Translations under genes and position numbers: made by a program
From: Candidatus Sericytochromatia bacterium
Lineage (GTDB): Bacteria > Cyanobacteriota > Sericytochromatia > S15B-MN24 > JAQBPE01
Assembly: GCA_036675505.1 (NCBI GenBank)
Contig: JAKFEW010000041.1
Location: 8,580-72,579, forward strand
Length of the DNA stretch: 64,000 bases
Direction of reading: 5' to 3'
Notes under the pieces: model-generated
What the model was told of the DNA's origin: nothing
Seen by the model: the letters and a program-made list of their open reading frames with translations, nothing else
Databases searched by the model: none
In this document: piece after piece, positions 1-9,059 of the stretch
Layout of the letters: each line of letters starts with the position of its first letter
How positions within the stretch are numbered: position 1 is the stretch's first letter

Positions 1-1825
1 CGCCGCGCCGGCGCCATGCGTTTCGCGGCCACTCGCAATCTACGCGCGCAGTGCTTCCACCCAGGTGGTGTTCGCCGGCTCGCGACACACGGTGAACGGC
101 GACGTGTACACCAACGACGGGATCAAGCTCGCCGGCACGACCCATCGGATCCTGGGCCAGGCCGCCACGATGGACGGCGTGGTCTACGCCGGCAACGGCA
201 GCACCGTGCGCGGCACCAGGGCGGCCGCAGCGCTCGCCGTGCCCGTCACCACCACCATCGCGAGCCGCGCGGCGACGTTCAACTTCCCCGGCAACGTGAA
301 CCTCGACACGGTGCCTGGCGTCTGGCTGAACAAGACGACGCTCAAGCCGGGGCTGTACCGCGCCGGCGGGGTCCTCTCGGTCTCGAAGGCCGGGCTCACG
401 GGCACCGTGACTTTCCAGGCCCGCGAGGTGCGTATCCATTCGGTGAACGCCCAGCTCAAGGCCTTCACCGACCGCATCCTGGTGCTCGCGGGCGCGGGGG
501 GCACCAAGCTCACCGGCTCGGGCGGGCGCTTCGACGGGACGATCCTCGCCCCGGACGGACCGGTGGCGATCGCCGGGTCGCGGCATGGCTTCCGGGGCAT
601 GATCGTGGGCGACTCGGTGGCCGTCGACGGCACGACGCATACGTTCACCGGCACCGGGCCGCGCGACTGCCCCGCGGTGACGCCGCCCCCCAGCCGGCCA
701 GCGGTTCCCACGCGGACGCCGACCCCCCGGCCGACCCCGACCGCCACGCCGACGCCGGCCCCCACGCCCGCGGCCGTCAGGACCTTACGCAACGTCATCG
801 CCTGGACCTGCTCGGCCGGCAAGGGGCTGAACTTCGCCCCCGACGGCCGCCTGTACATCGGGCACACGGGCGAGCGGCGGGTCTTCCGGCTAACGGCGGA
901 CGAGCGGTACGAGTGGGTCGCCGGCCAGGGGTACCAGGGCCAGCAGGAGGGCCCGATCGCCACGACCGCGATCCACGACCCGGCCGACGTCGCGATCGAC
1001 GCCCGAAACGTGGTCTACGCCGCGGATCCGGTCGTGAACACGATCCGCAAGATCGATCCCAACACAGGGAGAATCACCATCCACGGCCGACAGCAGGTGC
1101 TGAAGGCCCTGCCGATCACCTCGTCCTGGAACCCGCGCGCGGTCGAGCTCGACCCAACCGGCAAGTGGCTCTACATCCTCTCGTCCAACTCGTCGGACCT
1201 CCGGCGCCTGGACACCGCGACCGGGGTCGTTCACCACCTGGCGGGCGGCTACGGCTTCGAGTCCGAGCACGACGCGAAGACCCGCCCGTTGCTTGAGCGG
1301 CCGTCGCTGGTCGCCCCGGATGGTCCGTGGTACCGCGCGAAGTTCAACAGCCCGCACGGCATGGCGATCGACAAGGCCGGAAACCTGTACATCGCGGACA
1401 CCTGGCACCACCTGGTCCGGAAGGTGGACATGCGCGACCCCCAGAACCCGATCGTCTCGACGATCGCAGGTGACAAGACGAAGTTCGTCTTCGCGGATGG
1501 CCGCTGGTGGAAGGACATCGAGGGGGGCCACCAGGACGGCGACGGGGCCACCGCCCGGTTCAACCAGCCCATGGACATCGCGATCGACGAGAAGGGCGAC
1601 CTGTTCGTGGCCGACAAGAAGAACCACTGCATCCGGAAGATCGACATGCGCGACCCGGCCCGTCCGATGGTCTCGACCGTGGCGGGCAATAGGACGGCCG
1701 GCCACGTCGACGGCAAGCCGCTGGAGTCGCAGTTCAACTGCCCCTTCGGCATCGCCGCGAAGGGCACCAACATCTACGTGACCGAGGCGTGCAACGAGTA
1801 CATGCGGGTGGTGCCGAAGCCCTGA
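1..1825 (+). CDS. Secreted NHL-repeat beta-propeller protein with an N-terminal beta-helix-like repeat region and a Pro/Thr-rich linker. 5' partial: the reading frame is open to the window start.
   Basis: The frame is open from position 2. There is a PT-rich linker (PTRTPTPRPTPTATPTPAPTP). The C-terminus has NHL-type repeats (NSPHGMAIDKAGNLYIADTWHH, FNQPMDIAIDEKGDLFVADKKNH, FNCPFGIAAKGTNIYVTE). Confidence 0.6.
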   Translation, partial: AAPAPCVSRPLAIYARSASTQVVFAGSRHTVNGDVYTNDGIKLAGTTHRILGQAATMDGVVYAGNGSTVRGTRAAAALAVPVTTTIASRAATFNFPGNVNLDTVPGVWLNKTTLKPGLYRAGGVLSVSKAGLTGTVTFQAREVRIHSVNAQLKAFTDRILVLAGAGGTKLTGSGGRFDGTILAPDGPVAIAGSRHGFRGMIVGDSVAVDGTTHTFTGTGPRDCPAVTPPPSRPAVPTRTPTPRPTPTATPTPAPTPAAVRTLRNVIAWTCSAGKGLNFAPDGRLYIGHTGERRVFRLTADERYEWVAGQGYQGQQEGPIATTAIHDPADVAIDARNVVYAADPVVNTIRKIDPNTGRITIHGRQQVLKALPITSSWNPRAVELDPTGKWLYILSSNSSDLRRLDTATGVVHHLAGGYGFESEHDAKTRPLLERPSLVAPDGPWYRAKFNSPHGMAIDKAGNLYIADTWHHLVRKVDMRDPQNPIVSTIAGDKTKFVFADGRWWKDIEGGHQDGDGATARFNQPMDIAIDEKGDLFVADKKNHCIRKIDMRDPARPMVSTVAGNRTAGHVDGKPLESQFNCPFGIAAKGTNIYVTEACNEYMRVVPKP

Positions 1826-1849
1826 CGGCTCGGCCAACGTTGCCCCACG

Positions 1850-3094
1850 CTACGGCGCGTCGGCCTCGTCGGCCGAGCCGCTCAGCGTGTCGCAGAGCTG
1901 TTCGACCGCCCACATGAGATCCTCGTCCGACACCACCAGCGGCGGCGCGAAGCGGATCGTCTTGTGGTGCGTCTCCTTGCACAACACGCCGCGGGCCCAG
2001 AGCGCCTCGCAGAAGGGCCGCGCGGCTGTATTCAGCTCGATGCCCACCATCAGGCCCTTGCCGCGGACGTCCGCGACGTGCGGGCTGTCCAGCTTGGCGA
2101 GGCGCGCGAAGACCATCTCGCCGAGGCGCGCGGCGCGCTCGGCCAGGTTCTCGCTTTCGATCACCTCGAGGGCCGCGATCGCCACCGCGCAGCCCAGCGG
2201 GTTGCCGCCAAAGGTCGAGCCGTGGTCGCCGGGCTTGAAGACCGCCATCACGTCCTCGCGGGCGATCATCGCCGAAACGGGATAGAAGCCGCCGGAGAGC
2301 GCCTTGCCGAGCACGAGCACGTCGGGCAGGATGCCCTCATGCAGGTAGGCGAAGAGCTTGCCGGTGCGGCCGAGGCCGGTCTGGATCTCGTCGAGCATCA
2401 GCAGCACGTTGTTCTCGCGGCAGATCGCCGAAGCCTCGCGCAGGAAGCCTTCGGGCGGCACGATGATGCCGGCCTCGCCCTGGATCGGCTCGAAGAGCAC
2501 CGCGGCCGTGTTCGGCGTGATGGCCGCCCGCAGGGCCGCCGCGTCGCCGTACGGGATGACCTTGAAGCCGGGCGTGAAGGGCCCGAAGCCGTCGCGGTAC
2601 TGGTGCTCGGTGGAGAAGCTGACCACGGCGATCGTGCGGCCGTGGAAGTTGTTCTCGCAGACGATGATCTCGGCCTGGTTGAGCGGCACGCCTTTCACCT
2701 GGTAGGCCCACTTGCGCGCGGCCTTGAGCGCGGTCTCGACGGCCTCGGCGCCCGTGTTCATGGGCAACACGCGCGGCAGGCCGGTCATCTGCGTGAGCTT
2801 CTGGTAGAACAGGCCGAGCTGGTCGTTGTGGAACGCGCGCGAGGTCAGCGTGACGCGCTGGGCCTGACGCATCATGGCGGCCAGGATGTGCGGGTGCGCA
2901 TGCCCCTGGTTGACCGCAGAGTAGGCCGACAGGCAGTCGAGGTAGCGCCGGCCGTCGCTGTCGGTCACCCACGCGCCCTTGGCCTCGCTGATGACGAGGC
3001 CCAGCGGGTGATAGTTGTGGGCGCCGTGGCGTTCTTCGAGGGCGATCAGGTCGCTGGCGGTGGGGGCCTGGTTCATGGCGTTCGTGGCGGTCAT
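1850..3094 (-). CDS. rocD: Ornithine aminotransferase (class III PLP-dependent aminotransferase).
   Basis: An internal ATG at 3094 gives MTATNAMNQ. The motifs HNYHPLGLV, a TFGGNP-like stretch, and [15 protein letters not shown] (PLP lysine region) are typical of ornithine-oxo-acid transaminase. The protein is about 414 aa. Confidence 0.8.
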   Translation of the reverse strand: MTATNAMNQAPTASDLIALEERHGAHNYHPLGLVISEAKGAWVTDSDGRRYLDCLSAYSAVNQGHAHPHILAAMMRQAQRVTLTSRAFHNDQLGLFYQKLTQMTGLPRVLPMNTGAEAVETALKAARKWAYQVKGVPLNQAEIIVCENNFHGRTIAVVSFSTEHQYRDGFGPFTPGFKVIPYGDAAALRAAITPNTAAVLFEPIQGEAGIIVPPEGFLREASAICRENNVLLMLDEIQTGLGRTGKLFAYLHEGILPDVLVLGKALSGGFYPVSAMIAREDVMAVFKPGDHGSTFGGNPLGCAVAIAALEVIESENLAERAARLGEMVFARLAKLDSPHVADVRGKGLMVGIELNTAARPFCEALWARGVLCKETHHKTIRFAPPLVVSDEDLMWAVEQLCDTLSGSADEADAP

Positions 3095-3137
3095 GTCCCT
3101 ATGAAACCACAGCTCCCCTGCTCCGCGTAACCCCCTG

Positions 3138-3305
3138 TTTAGAGCGGTTTTCCTGTGGGTGAGCGAGTGCAGCGCGCCGGGCTGCGGCCCGGCTGCTAGG
3201 AGCGAGGAGGGCGCGTGCCCGAAGGCACGTAACCGACGAGCGACGACGCAGACGGGTCGCAGACCAAGCGATGCGCCGCGACACCCACAGGAAAACCGCT
3301 CTAAA
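3138..3305. repeat. 24-bp perfect inverted repeat (3138-3161 and 3282-3305) bracketing a 120-nt segment with nested hairpins. Candidate structured leader, terminator or small mobile repeat.
   Basis: Left arm tttagagcggttttcctgtgggtg. The right arm is its exact reverse complement. Inner hairpins are gccgggctgcggcccggc and cgtgcccgaaggcacg. The right arm overlaps the stop codon of the upstream AAA gene (3301-3303). The left arm lies about 45 nt upstream of the rocD start. Confidence 0.5.
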
Positions 3306-4680
3306 GGAGTTTGTGCTTTTTCATGTATGCTTCGAGGTCGTCGTATCGCCCGCCCTCGTTCGCGTACCGCACGTGGTTGCGCGCGGTCGCGAACCACTCG
3401 CCGGCGCTCGCGCGGCTCTCGGCGAGCGCCTTCGTGAAATCGTCCATCGCGACCGGCTGCACCTTGCCGGTCTTGAGCGAGCGCGCCAGCGCGCCCTCGG
3501 CGGCGCGCTCGCAGAGCGCCTTGAGGTCCGCGCCGGACCAGTTCGCGGTCCTGGCGGCGAGCTTCGCCACGTCGATCGTCTCGCCGCCCGGCAGCGAGGC
3601 TGCGTGGGTGGTGAGGATCGCCCGGCGCGCGGCCTCGTCCGGCGGCGGTACGAAGACCACCCGGTCGAAGCGGCCCGGCCGCCGGAAGGCCGGGTCGACG
3701 CTCCAGGGCAGGTTGGTCGCGGCCATCACGAGCACGCCCTCGTTGGGCCCGCCGATGCCGTCCATCTCGGCCAAAAGCTGGGTCACGAGCGCGCGCCAGA
3801 ACTGCGACTCGGTGCCGCCGCGCGAGGCGCCCAGGGCGTCGAACTCGTCGAAGAAGAGCACGGTGGGCGTGTGGCGGCGGGCGTCGGCGAAGAGCTCGCG
3901 GATCGCCTTCTCGCTCTCGCCCCAGAAGGCGTCGACGATGTCCGCCACGCCGAGGGCGACGAAGCGCGCGCCCACCTCGCCCGCGGTGGCCCGCGCGATG
4001 AAGGTCTTGCCGCAGCCCGGCGGCCCGTAGAGCAGCACGCCGCCGCCGGCCTTGCGGCCGAAGGCGGCGAAGATCTCGGGCGTCTTGTAGGGCGCGACGA
4101 TGCGCAGCTCGATCTGCTCCTTCACCTCGGCGAGGCCGGCCACGTCGGCGAACTTCACGCGCGGCGTTTCGGCTTCGAAGCGCTCGAGCAGCTCGGCGGG
4201 TGCGGCGGCCTCACCGGCCACGCCGGCCCGGACCGGGGCGGGCACGGGGGCCGGGGCAGAGGGCGCGGCCTCCGGGATGCCGGCGACCCAGGCGTCCCAG
4301 TCGGCGTCCGCGAGCGCCGGATCGGCGGCCCGCGCGGCGCGGTAGGCGTGGGCCGCGGCCTGGTCTTCGCCTTTCTCGCGCAAGACGATCGCGAGCTCCC
4401 GGCGCACGAACGGATCGTCGTGCCGCTCGAGGCATTGCTCGGCGCGGATCAGGGCCTCGGCGCCGAAGCCCGCCTCGCGCAGCAGCGGCAAGAGCTGCCG
4501 CAGCACGAGCGGCGGCTCGACGCGGAGGTCGGCGGCCTTGCGCAGGGCGGCGATCGCGTCCGCCGCCCGCGGCGTGCGCGCCAGCTGCTCGCCGTAATGC
4601 AGCCAGAGCGGGCCATTGGCCGGATCGCGCTCGCAGGCGGCGCGCAGCGCGTCGAGGATGGCGGCGTGGGGGTCGGTCAT
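3301..4680 (-). CDS. AAA+ ATPase with an N-terminal TPR-like helical domain.
   Basis: Start [12 protein letters not shown] at 4680. Walker A GPPGCGKT and Walker [11 protein letters not shown] are present. [24 protein letters not shown] is classical for the AAA family. The start overlaps the stop of the upstream TPR gene. Confidence 0.75.
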   Translation of the reverse strand: MTDPHAAILDALRAACERDPANGPLWLHYGEQLARTPRAADAIAALRKAADLRVEPPLVLRQLLPLLREAGFGAEALIRAEQCLERHDDPFVRRELAIVLREKGEDQAAAHAYRAARAADPALADADWDAWVAGIPEAAPSAPAPVPAPVRAGVAGEAAAPAELLERFEAETPRVKFADVAGLAEVKEQIELRIVAPYKTPEIFAAFGRKAGGGVLLYGPPGCGKTFIARATAGEVGARFVALGVADIVDAFWGESEKAIRELFADARRHTPTVLFFDEFDALGASRGGTESQFWRALVTQLLAEMDGIGGPNEGVLVMAATNLPWSVDPAFRRPGRFDRVVFVPPPDEAARRAILTTHAASLPGGETIDVAKLAARTANWSGADLKALCERAAEGALARSLKTGKVQPVAMDDFTKALAESRASAGEWFATARNHVRYANEGGRYDDLEAYMKKHKLL

Positions 4681-5591
4681 CGTGCGGGCCTCAGCCTGAT
4701 CCAGAGGTTGGCGAGCGGGGTCGCGATCCAGGTGTAGACCGCGAAGAGCAGCCAGGCGATCGCGAACGGGCCGGTGACCTCGCGCGGCACGCCGGCGAAG
4801 CGCAGCCCGTAAAGCAGCACGAGGAAGATGCCCCAGACCAGGAACTGCTGCCCCGGCAGGCGGCTCGTGGCAAGCGTCCAGTAGTAAAAGGGCAGGAAGA
4901 CCCACCGGCAGGCGCGGTCCATGTCGTGATAGAGCTCGATGAACGCGTCGTTGCCGGGATCGAGCCGCACGGCGTCGCGCAGCGCCCGGCGCGCCGCGAA
5001 GGGCCGGCCGGCCAGGTAGAGCGATCGCCCGAGCATCGCATGCCCGGTCGCGTCCTCCGGGTCGAGCCCGACGCCGACGTGGCCGATCGCCGCGGCCTCG
5101 TCCACCTTGCGTGCGTCCGCGAGCACTGCGCCCAGGTACGCATGGGCGCCCGGGAACTCCGGGTCGATGGCGAGGCAGCGCCGGAACAGCTTCTCGGCCT
5201 TTTCGAGCCGCTTCGTCTTGAACATGAGGATGCCGTAGACGAGATACCCCGCCGCGTAATCGGGCGCGAGGCGCAGCGCTTCGAGCAGCAGCTGCTCGGC
5301 TTCCACGTGCAGGCCCCGCTCCATGAGGAGCGAGGCGAGGTGCAGGCGCGCGAGCGGCGACATCGGCTCGAGCCGGATCACCTCGCGCGCCTCGGCCTCG
5401 GCTTCCTCGCCGCGCGCCTGGTAGGCCAACGCGAGGCTGAGCCGGTAGTGCAGCTCCGGGTCATCCGGCGCGAGCGCGAGGGCCCGGCGCAACTCCGCCT
5501 CGGCGCGGTCGTGCCGCCCGGCTTCGGCGTAATAGCCGGCCTTCTGGGCGAAGACGTCGATCAGGCGGGGAACGTCGGGCTGGTCGCTCAC
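4677..5591 (-). CDS. TPR-repeat protein with C-terminal transmembrane helices.
   Basis: Several TPR-like repeats (AEAELRRALALAPDDPELHYRLSLALAYQARGE and others). The C-terminus is hydrophobic (FLPFYYWTLATS, FLVWGIFLVLLYGL). The start is probably GTG. It is translationally coupled to the downstream AAA gene. Confidence 0.65.
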   Translation of the reverse strand: MSDQPDVPRLIDVFAQKAGYYAEAGRHDRAEAELRRALALAPDDPELHYRLSLALAYQARGEEAEAEAREVIRLEPMSPLARLHLASLLMERGLHVEAEQLLLEALRLAPDYAAGYLVYGILMFKTKRLEKAEKLFRRCLAIDPEFPGAHAYLGAVLADARKVDEAAAIGHVGVGLDPEDATGHAMLGRSLYLAGRPFAARRALRDAVRLDPGNDAFIELYHDMDRACRWVFLPFYYWTLATSRLPGQQFLVWGIFLVLLYGLRFAGVPREVTGPFAIAWLLFAVYTWIATPLANLWIRLRPAR

Positions 5592-6123
5592 GGCGGAGAG
5601 CCTGCCGGCGAGGCGCCACCGGACGCCGAGATGGCGAACGGGAGCGCGACCATCAGCTGGACCGCCACGCCGGCCACGATCGCCCCGAGCGCATGCTTGA
5701 GCAACGGTGCGCTGCCGCCGCCGTGGCCCGTGTGGATCTCCCAGCGCCGGCGTTGCCGGTGCGCGATCGCGAGGCCCACCCCGACCGCGAGGAGCATATT
5801 GGCGGTCCGGAGGCCGCGCCGGTGGTCCACGCTGCCCGCGACATAGAGCCCCGGGATGCCGTAGGCGTGGGCGTAGCCAGCCAACGCGGCCAGCGCGACG
5901 CCGGCCACGAACGCGAAGGTCAACAGCGGCGCGTACGCCTGGGGCCGGCCGAGGCGCTTGAAGTTCTCGGCGAGCAGGATGCCCATCGGGATGACGCCGA
6001 AGAATGCGCCGACCAACACGAGGTAGTTCGGGTTCCAGGGGCGATCGAAGCCCACCGCGTCGTCGTGCGCGGTCAGCGAGGGCGTCAAGATGTCATCGTC
6101 GTCGACCTGACGATTCGCGTCCA
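5588..6123 (-). CDS. Small integral membrane protein of unknown function.
   Basis: An internal start MDANRQV sits at 6123. Multiple hydrophobic segments are present. There is a 4-nt overlap with the downstream TPR gene. Confidence 0.5.
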
Positions 6124-6149
6124 TGCGGCCTCCTTGGCGGGGGCCGGCA

Positions 6150-8534
6150 TTATACCGTGTGTTCGCGCCCGCCGTCGTCCCGGACCAGCTCCGACCCGCC
6201 GTCGGGCCGCGCCGGCAACGAAACGGTGGCCTCGGTCCCGCCGCCGGCGGGGCAGCTGAGCGAGACTCGGCCGCCGTGCAGCTCGGCGATGCCCTTGACC
6301 AGCGCCAGCCCGAGACCCAGCCCGCCAGGGCGGAGCGCGTCCGACGTCCGGAGCTGGTTGAAGGCCTCCCAGACCTGGTCCAGCTGCCGCGGCTCGATGC
6401 CGGGGCCATTGTCCCAGACCGTGAACACGACGTTTCCGGCCACCGAGCCCACCTTCAAGCCGACGGTCCCGCCGGCCGGCGTGAAGCGCCGCGCGTTGTC
6501 GACCAGCTCCGCGAGCATCTGGGCGAGGCGGTGCGGGTCGCCCTCGAAGCTCGGCAAGCCGGGTGCGATCTCGCCGACCCACCGCACCCGAGCGGCGGCC
6601 AGCTCTGGCCCGATCAGCCGGTGGGTGGCTTCGACGAGCTCGACGGGGTCCACCTCGCTGCGGTAGAGCGGCATGGCACCGCTGAGCAGGGCGCCGAGGT
6701 CGATGATGCGATTCATGTGGGTGGCGAGCCGGTGCGCGCCTTCGAGCAGCCCCTTCACGATGGCTTCATCGGGATACGTGTCTTCCAGCATCTCCGCGTA
6801 GCCTACGATCAGCGACACGGGCGTCTTCATCTCGTGGGAGATCGTCGAGAGCAGATAGTCCTTCACCCGGGCCAGCTCGCGCGCCTGCTCAGTTTCGATG
6901 GTCCGCCGCGCGGCCTCGGCCAACATGCGCTGGCGTTCGCTGATGTCGCGGACGCTGACGATGATGAACGGCCCACCGGGCGTTTCGACCGGGCTGAGGC
7001 GCACTTCGGCCGGGAACTCCCCGCCGTCTTGTCTGACGCCATGGACCTCGCGGTCTTTGGCCATTGTCCAGGCGCCGGTGCCGAGGGAATGGCCATCGCG
7101 CCTGGTCCGGTGAGCCTCCCGAATCGCTTCGGGGACGAGCTTCTCGACCGACAGGCCGATCATTGTGGCTGGCGCATACCCGTAGAGCTCCGCTGCGAAG
7201 GCGTTGGCGTAGCTCACCCGGCCGCCGGCGTCGATCAGCAACAACGCATCGGGGGACGCCTCGAGCACCGAGCGGACGCGCGCCTCGCTGCGCCGATGTG
7301 CGTCCTCCAGGCGCCGATGTTCGGTCATGTCGAAGAGCGTCGATCGGCTCATCATGAACGCACCCGCCTCGTCGCGCAGCGCGGTCGCGGTCACCAACAC
7401 CGGGAAGGCGCTCCCGTCCTTGCGGCGCAGGTCGAGCTGCAGATCCTTGACCCAACCGCGGGCGACGAAACCGGGGAAGGTGGCCCGGAACCGCTCTCGT
7501 CCGTCCTCGTGGAGGAGCGTCTCGTCCCAGCGTTCGCCGACGATTTCCTCGCGCGAGTAGCCGAGCCAGGCGAGCTCCGTGTCGTTGATCCGGACGACGC
7601 GGCCCTCGCGGTCCAGCGAGTGGTAGCCGCACGGCGCGTTCTCGTACAGGTCGATGAGCTCGTCCTCGGCGACGGCGAACCGCGCCGTGCTCCACCACAG
7701 GAAGCCGAAGCCGCCGAGGGCCAGGGTCAGCACCATCAGCTCGAGGCCGACGATGCGCGGGATCAGGCCCGTGTGTTCGGCCTCGAGCCGCAGCCAGCCC
7801 AGTACGATCGGCCCCAGTAAGGTTGGCGCCACGAGGCGGCGCATCGTCTGCCCGGCCGTGCCCCGCGAGGTCAGCAACGCCGGCAACGAGGCCCCGGGGG
7901 TGCCCGCGATCAGCGCCACAGCCATGGACAGCAGGGTGGCGGCGGTGAGGAGCGCCATCGGCGCGCTGTGCATCCAGCTGTAGAGGGCCGATACGTCGTA
8001 CACGTAGCCCAGCGCCGTCAGGTAAATCGGGACCACGGTGGCGAGGGCCAGGCCCTGGATCGCCTGGCCGACGGCCCGGCGCTCCAGGGCCCAGGGCAGC
8101 CCCAGGAGCCCGACGCCCAGCAGCGTCACGCAGATCGACGTGTCTATCGCGGGCCGCCCCGGCCAGGCCTGCCAGGCTTCCGCGACGGCGCGAGGAAACA
8201 GCAGGTGGTCGATACCCAGATCGCGGGCGAGGAGGTGCTCCGCGAGCGTCACGACGCCGATCGTGGCCCCAGCGAGCGCCGCGGCCCGGCCGGCCGCCAA
8301 TCGCCAACCTACGGCCCGGCCGCCGGCGAGCGCCGCGAGGGAGGCGCTCAGGCACAGGAGCGCGAGCGCCGTGAGCGGCATCATCGGGATGTAGCCTGGA
8401 ATGATGGAGCGGAGCGCAGGAAGGTCGGCTGCCCAGCTGACGGTCACCGCGCAGGCGACGAGGGCGACGGCCCCGGCCAGCCCGTACGCCAGCCGGATTC
8501 CGGGCGTTTCGCTCGTCGGGGACGCAGCTCGCAT
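6150..8534 (-). CDS. Membrane-bound sensor histidine kinase (N-terminal multi-TM sensor region, two PAS domains, HisKA, HATPase_c).
   Basis: There are about eight N-terminal hydrophobic helices. PAS-like segments are present (YENAPCGYHSLDREGRVVRINDTELAWLGY and others). The H-box is ISHEMKTPV. The HATPase region includes the G boxes DNGPGIEP and GGLGLGLALV. Confidence 0.8.
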   Translation of the reverse strand: MRAASPTSETPGIRLAYGLAGAVALVACAVTVSWAADLPALRSIIPGYIPMMPLTALALLCLSASLAALAGGRAVGWRLAAGRAAALAGATIGVVTLAEHLLARDLGIDHLLFPRAVAEAWQAWPGRPAIDTSICVTLLGVGLLGLPWALERRAVGQAIQGLALATVVPIYLTALGYVYDVSALYSWMHSAPMALLTAATLLSMAVALIAGTPGASLPALLTSRGTAGQTMRRLVAPTLLGPIVLGWLRLEAEHTGLIPRIVGLELMVLTLALGGFGFLWWSTARFAVAEDELIDLYENAPCGYHSLDREGRVVRINDTELAWLGYSREEIVGERWDETLLHEDGRERFRATFPGFVARGWVKDLQLDLRRKDGSAFPVLVTATALRDEAGAFMMSRSTLFDMTEHRRLEDAHRRSEARVRSVLEASPDALLLIDAGGRVSYANAFAAELYGYAPATMIGLSVEKLVPEAIREAHRTRRDGHSLGTGAWTMAKDREVHGVRQDGGEFPAEVRLSPVETPGGPFIIVSVRDISERQRMLAEAARRTIETEQARELARVKDYLLSTISHEMKTPVSLIVGYAEMLEDTYPDEAIVKGLLEGAHRLATHMNRIIDLGALLSGAMPLYRSEVDPVELVEATHRLIGPELAAARVRWVGEIAPGLPSFEGDPHRLAQMLAELVDNARRFTPAGGTVGLKVGSVAGNVVFTVWDNGPGIEPRQLDQVWEAFNQLRTSDALRPGGLGLGLALVKGIAELHGGRVSLSCPAGGGTEATVSLPARPDGGSELVRDDGGREHTV

Positions 8535-8743
8535 CGCTGGAGACCTCCACGGGGCATGCGCCAGCTGAATCTCGACCGAGCGCCCGCGATTCGATGTTAA
8601 ACCGATCGGATCAGAATCACATCAAGGAGTCGTGCAAAGGCTCACTATGCGGGCAGCTCCGCCAACGGCGCCGTTCGGCCGGCTCTTGGCCGGGGTGGGG
8701 CGGCGTGCTACCATCGACCCCCCCATCGGAAGGAGGTCCGGCC

Positions 8744-9034
8744 ATGATTATCGGCGTCGCGCGGGTGGAGTTGGAGCTGACCGACATCGGCTCGCTCAAG
8801 GACAAGCGCTCGATCGTGAAGCCGATCGTGCTCAAGCTGATGAACAAGTTCAGCGTGCACGCCGCCGAGGTCGATCAGCTCGACGACCACGACGCCGCGA
8901 CCATCGGCATCGTGATGTGCGCCAACGAGCAGAAGCACGCGAACGAGGTGATCTCGAAGGCTGTCGACTGGCTCGAGAACCACCAGTTCGAGGCCCACGT
9001 CGCGGACGTCGAGACCCAGTTCATCGACGTCTGA
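8744..9034 (+). CDS. DUF503 (YlxP-like) family protein.
   Basis: MIIGVARVELELTDIGSLKDKRSIVKPIVLKLMNKF matches the DUF503 consensus. An RBS (ggaaggagg) precedes the ATG at 8744. Confidence 0.6.
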   Translation: MIIGVARVELELTDIGSLKDKRSIVKPIVLKLMNKFSVHAAEVDQLDDHDAATIGIVMCANEQKHANEVISKAVDWLENHQFEAHVADVETQFIDV

Positions 9035-9059
9035 GCGGAGCGCGGGTACACATGCCGCT

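Noticed and set aside
16-1296. Long ORFs overlapping or antisense to annotated genes throughout the window. Examples are 16-1296, 184-963, 890-1837, 1964-3130, 3271-4737, 4200-5846, 6123-7820, 6889-8550, 9021-11738, 12825-13970, 13658-17233, 15795-17123, 17182-18450, 20533-22461, 31894-33237, 33415-34521, 34879-36213, 40034-42223, 45941-47389, 47226-49154, 49463-50575, 55163-56683, 57417-58802, 58468-60702 and 61626-63650.
   Set aside because: At about 70% GC, stop codons are rare in every frame. These ORFs encode Arg/Ala/Gly/Pro-rich low-complexity proteins and lack GC3 bias, while the co-located frame carries recognisable domains.
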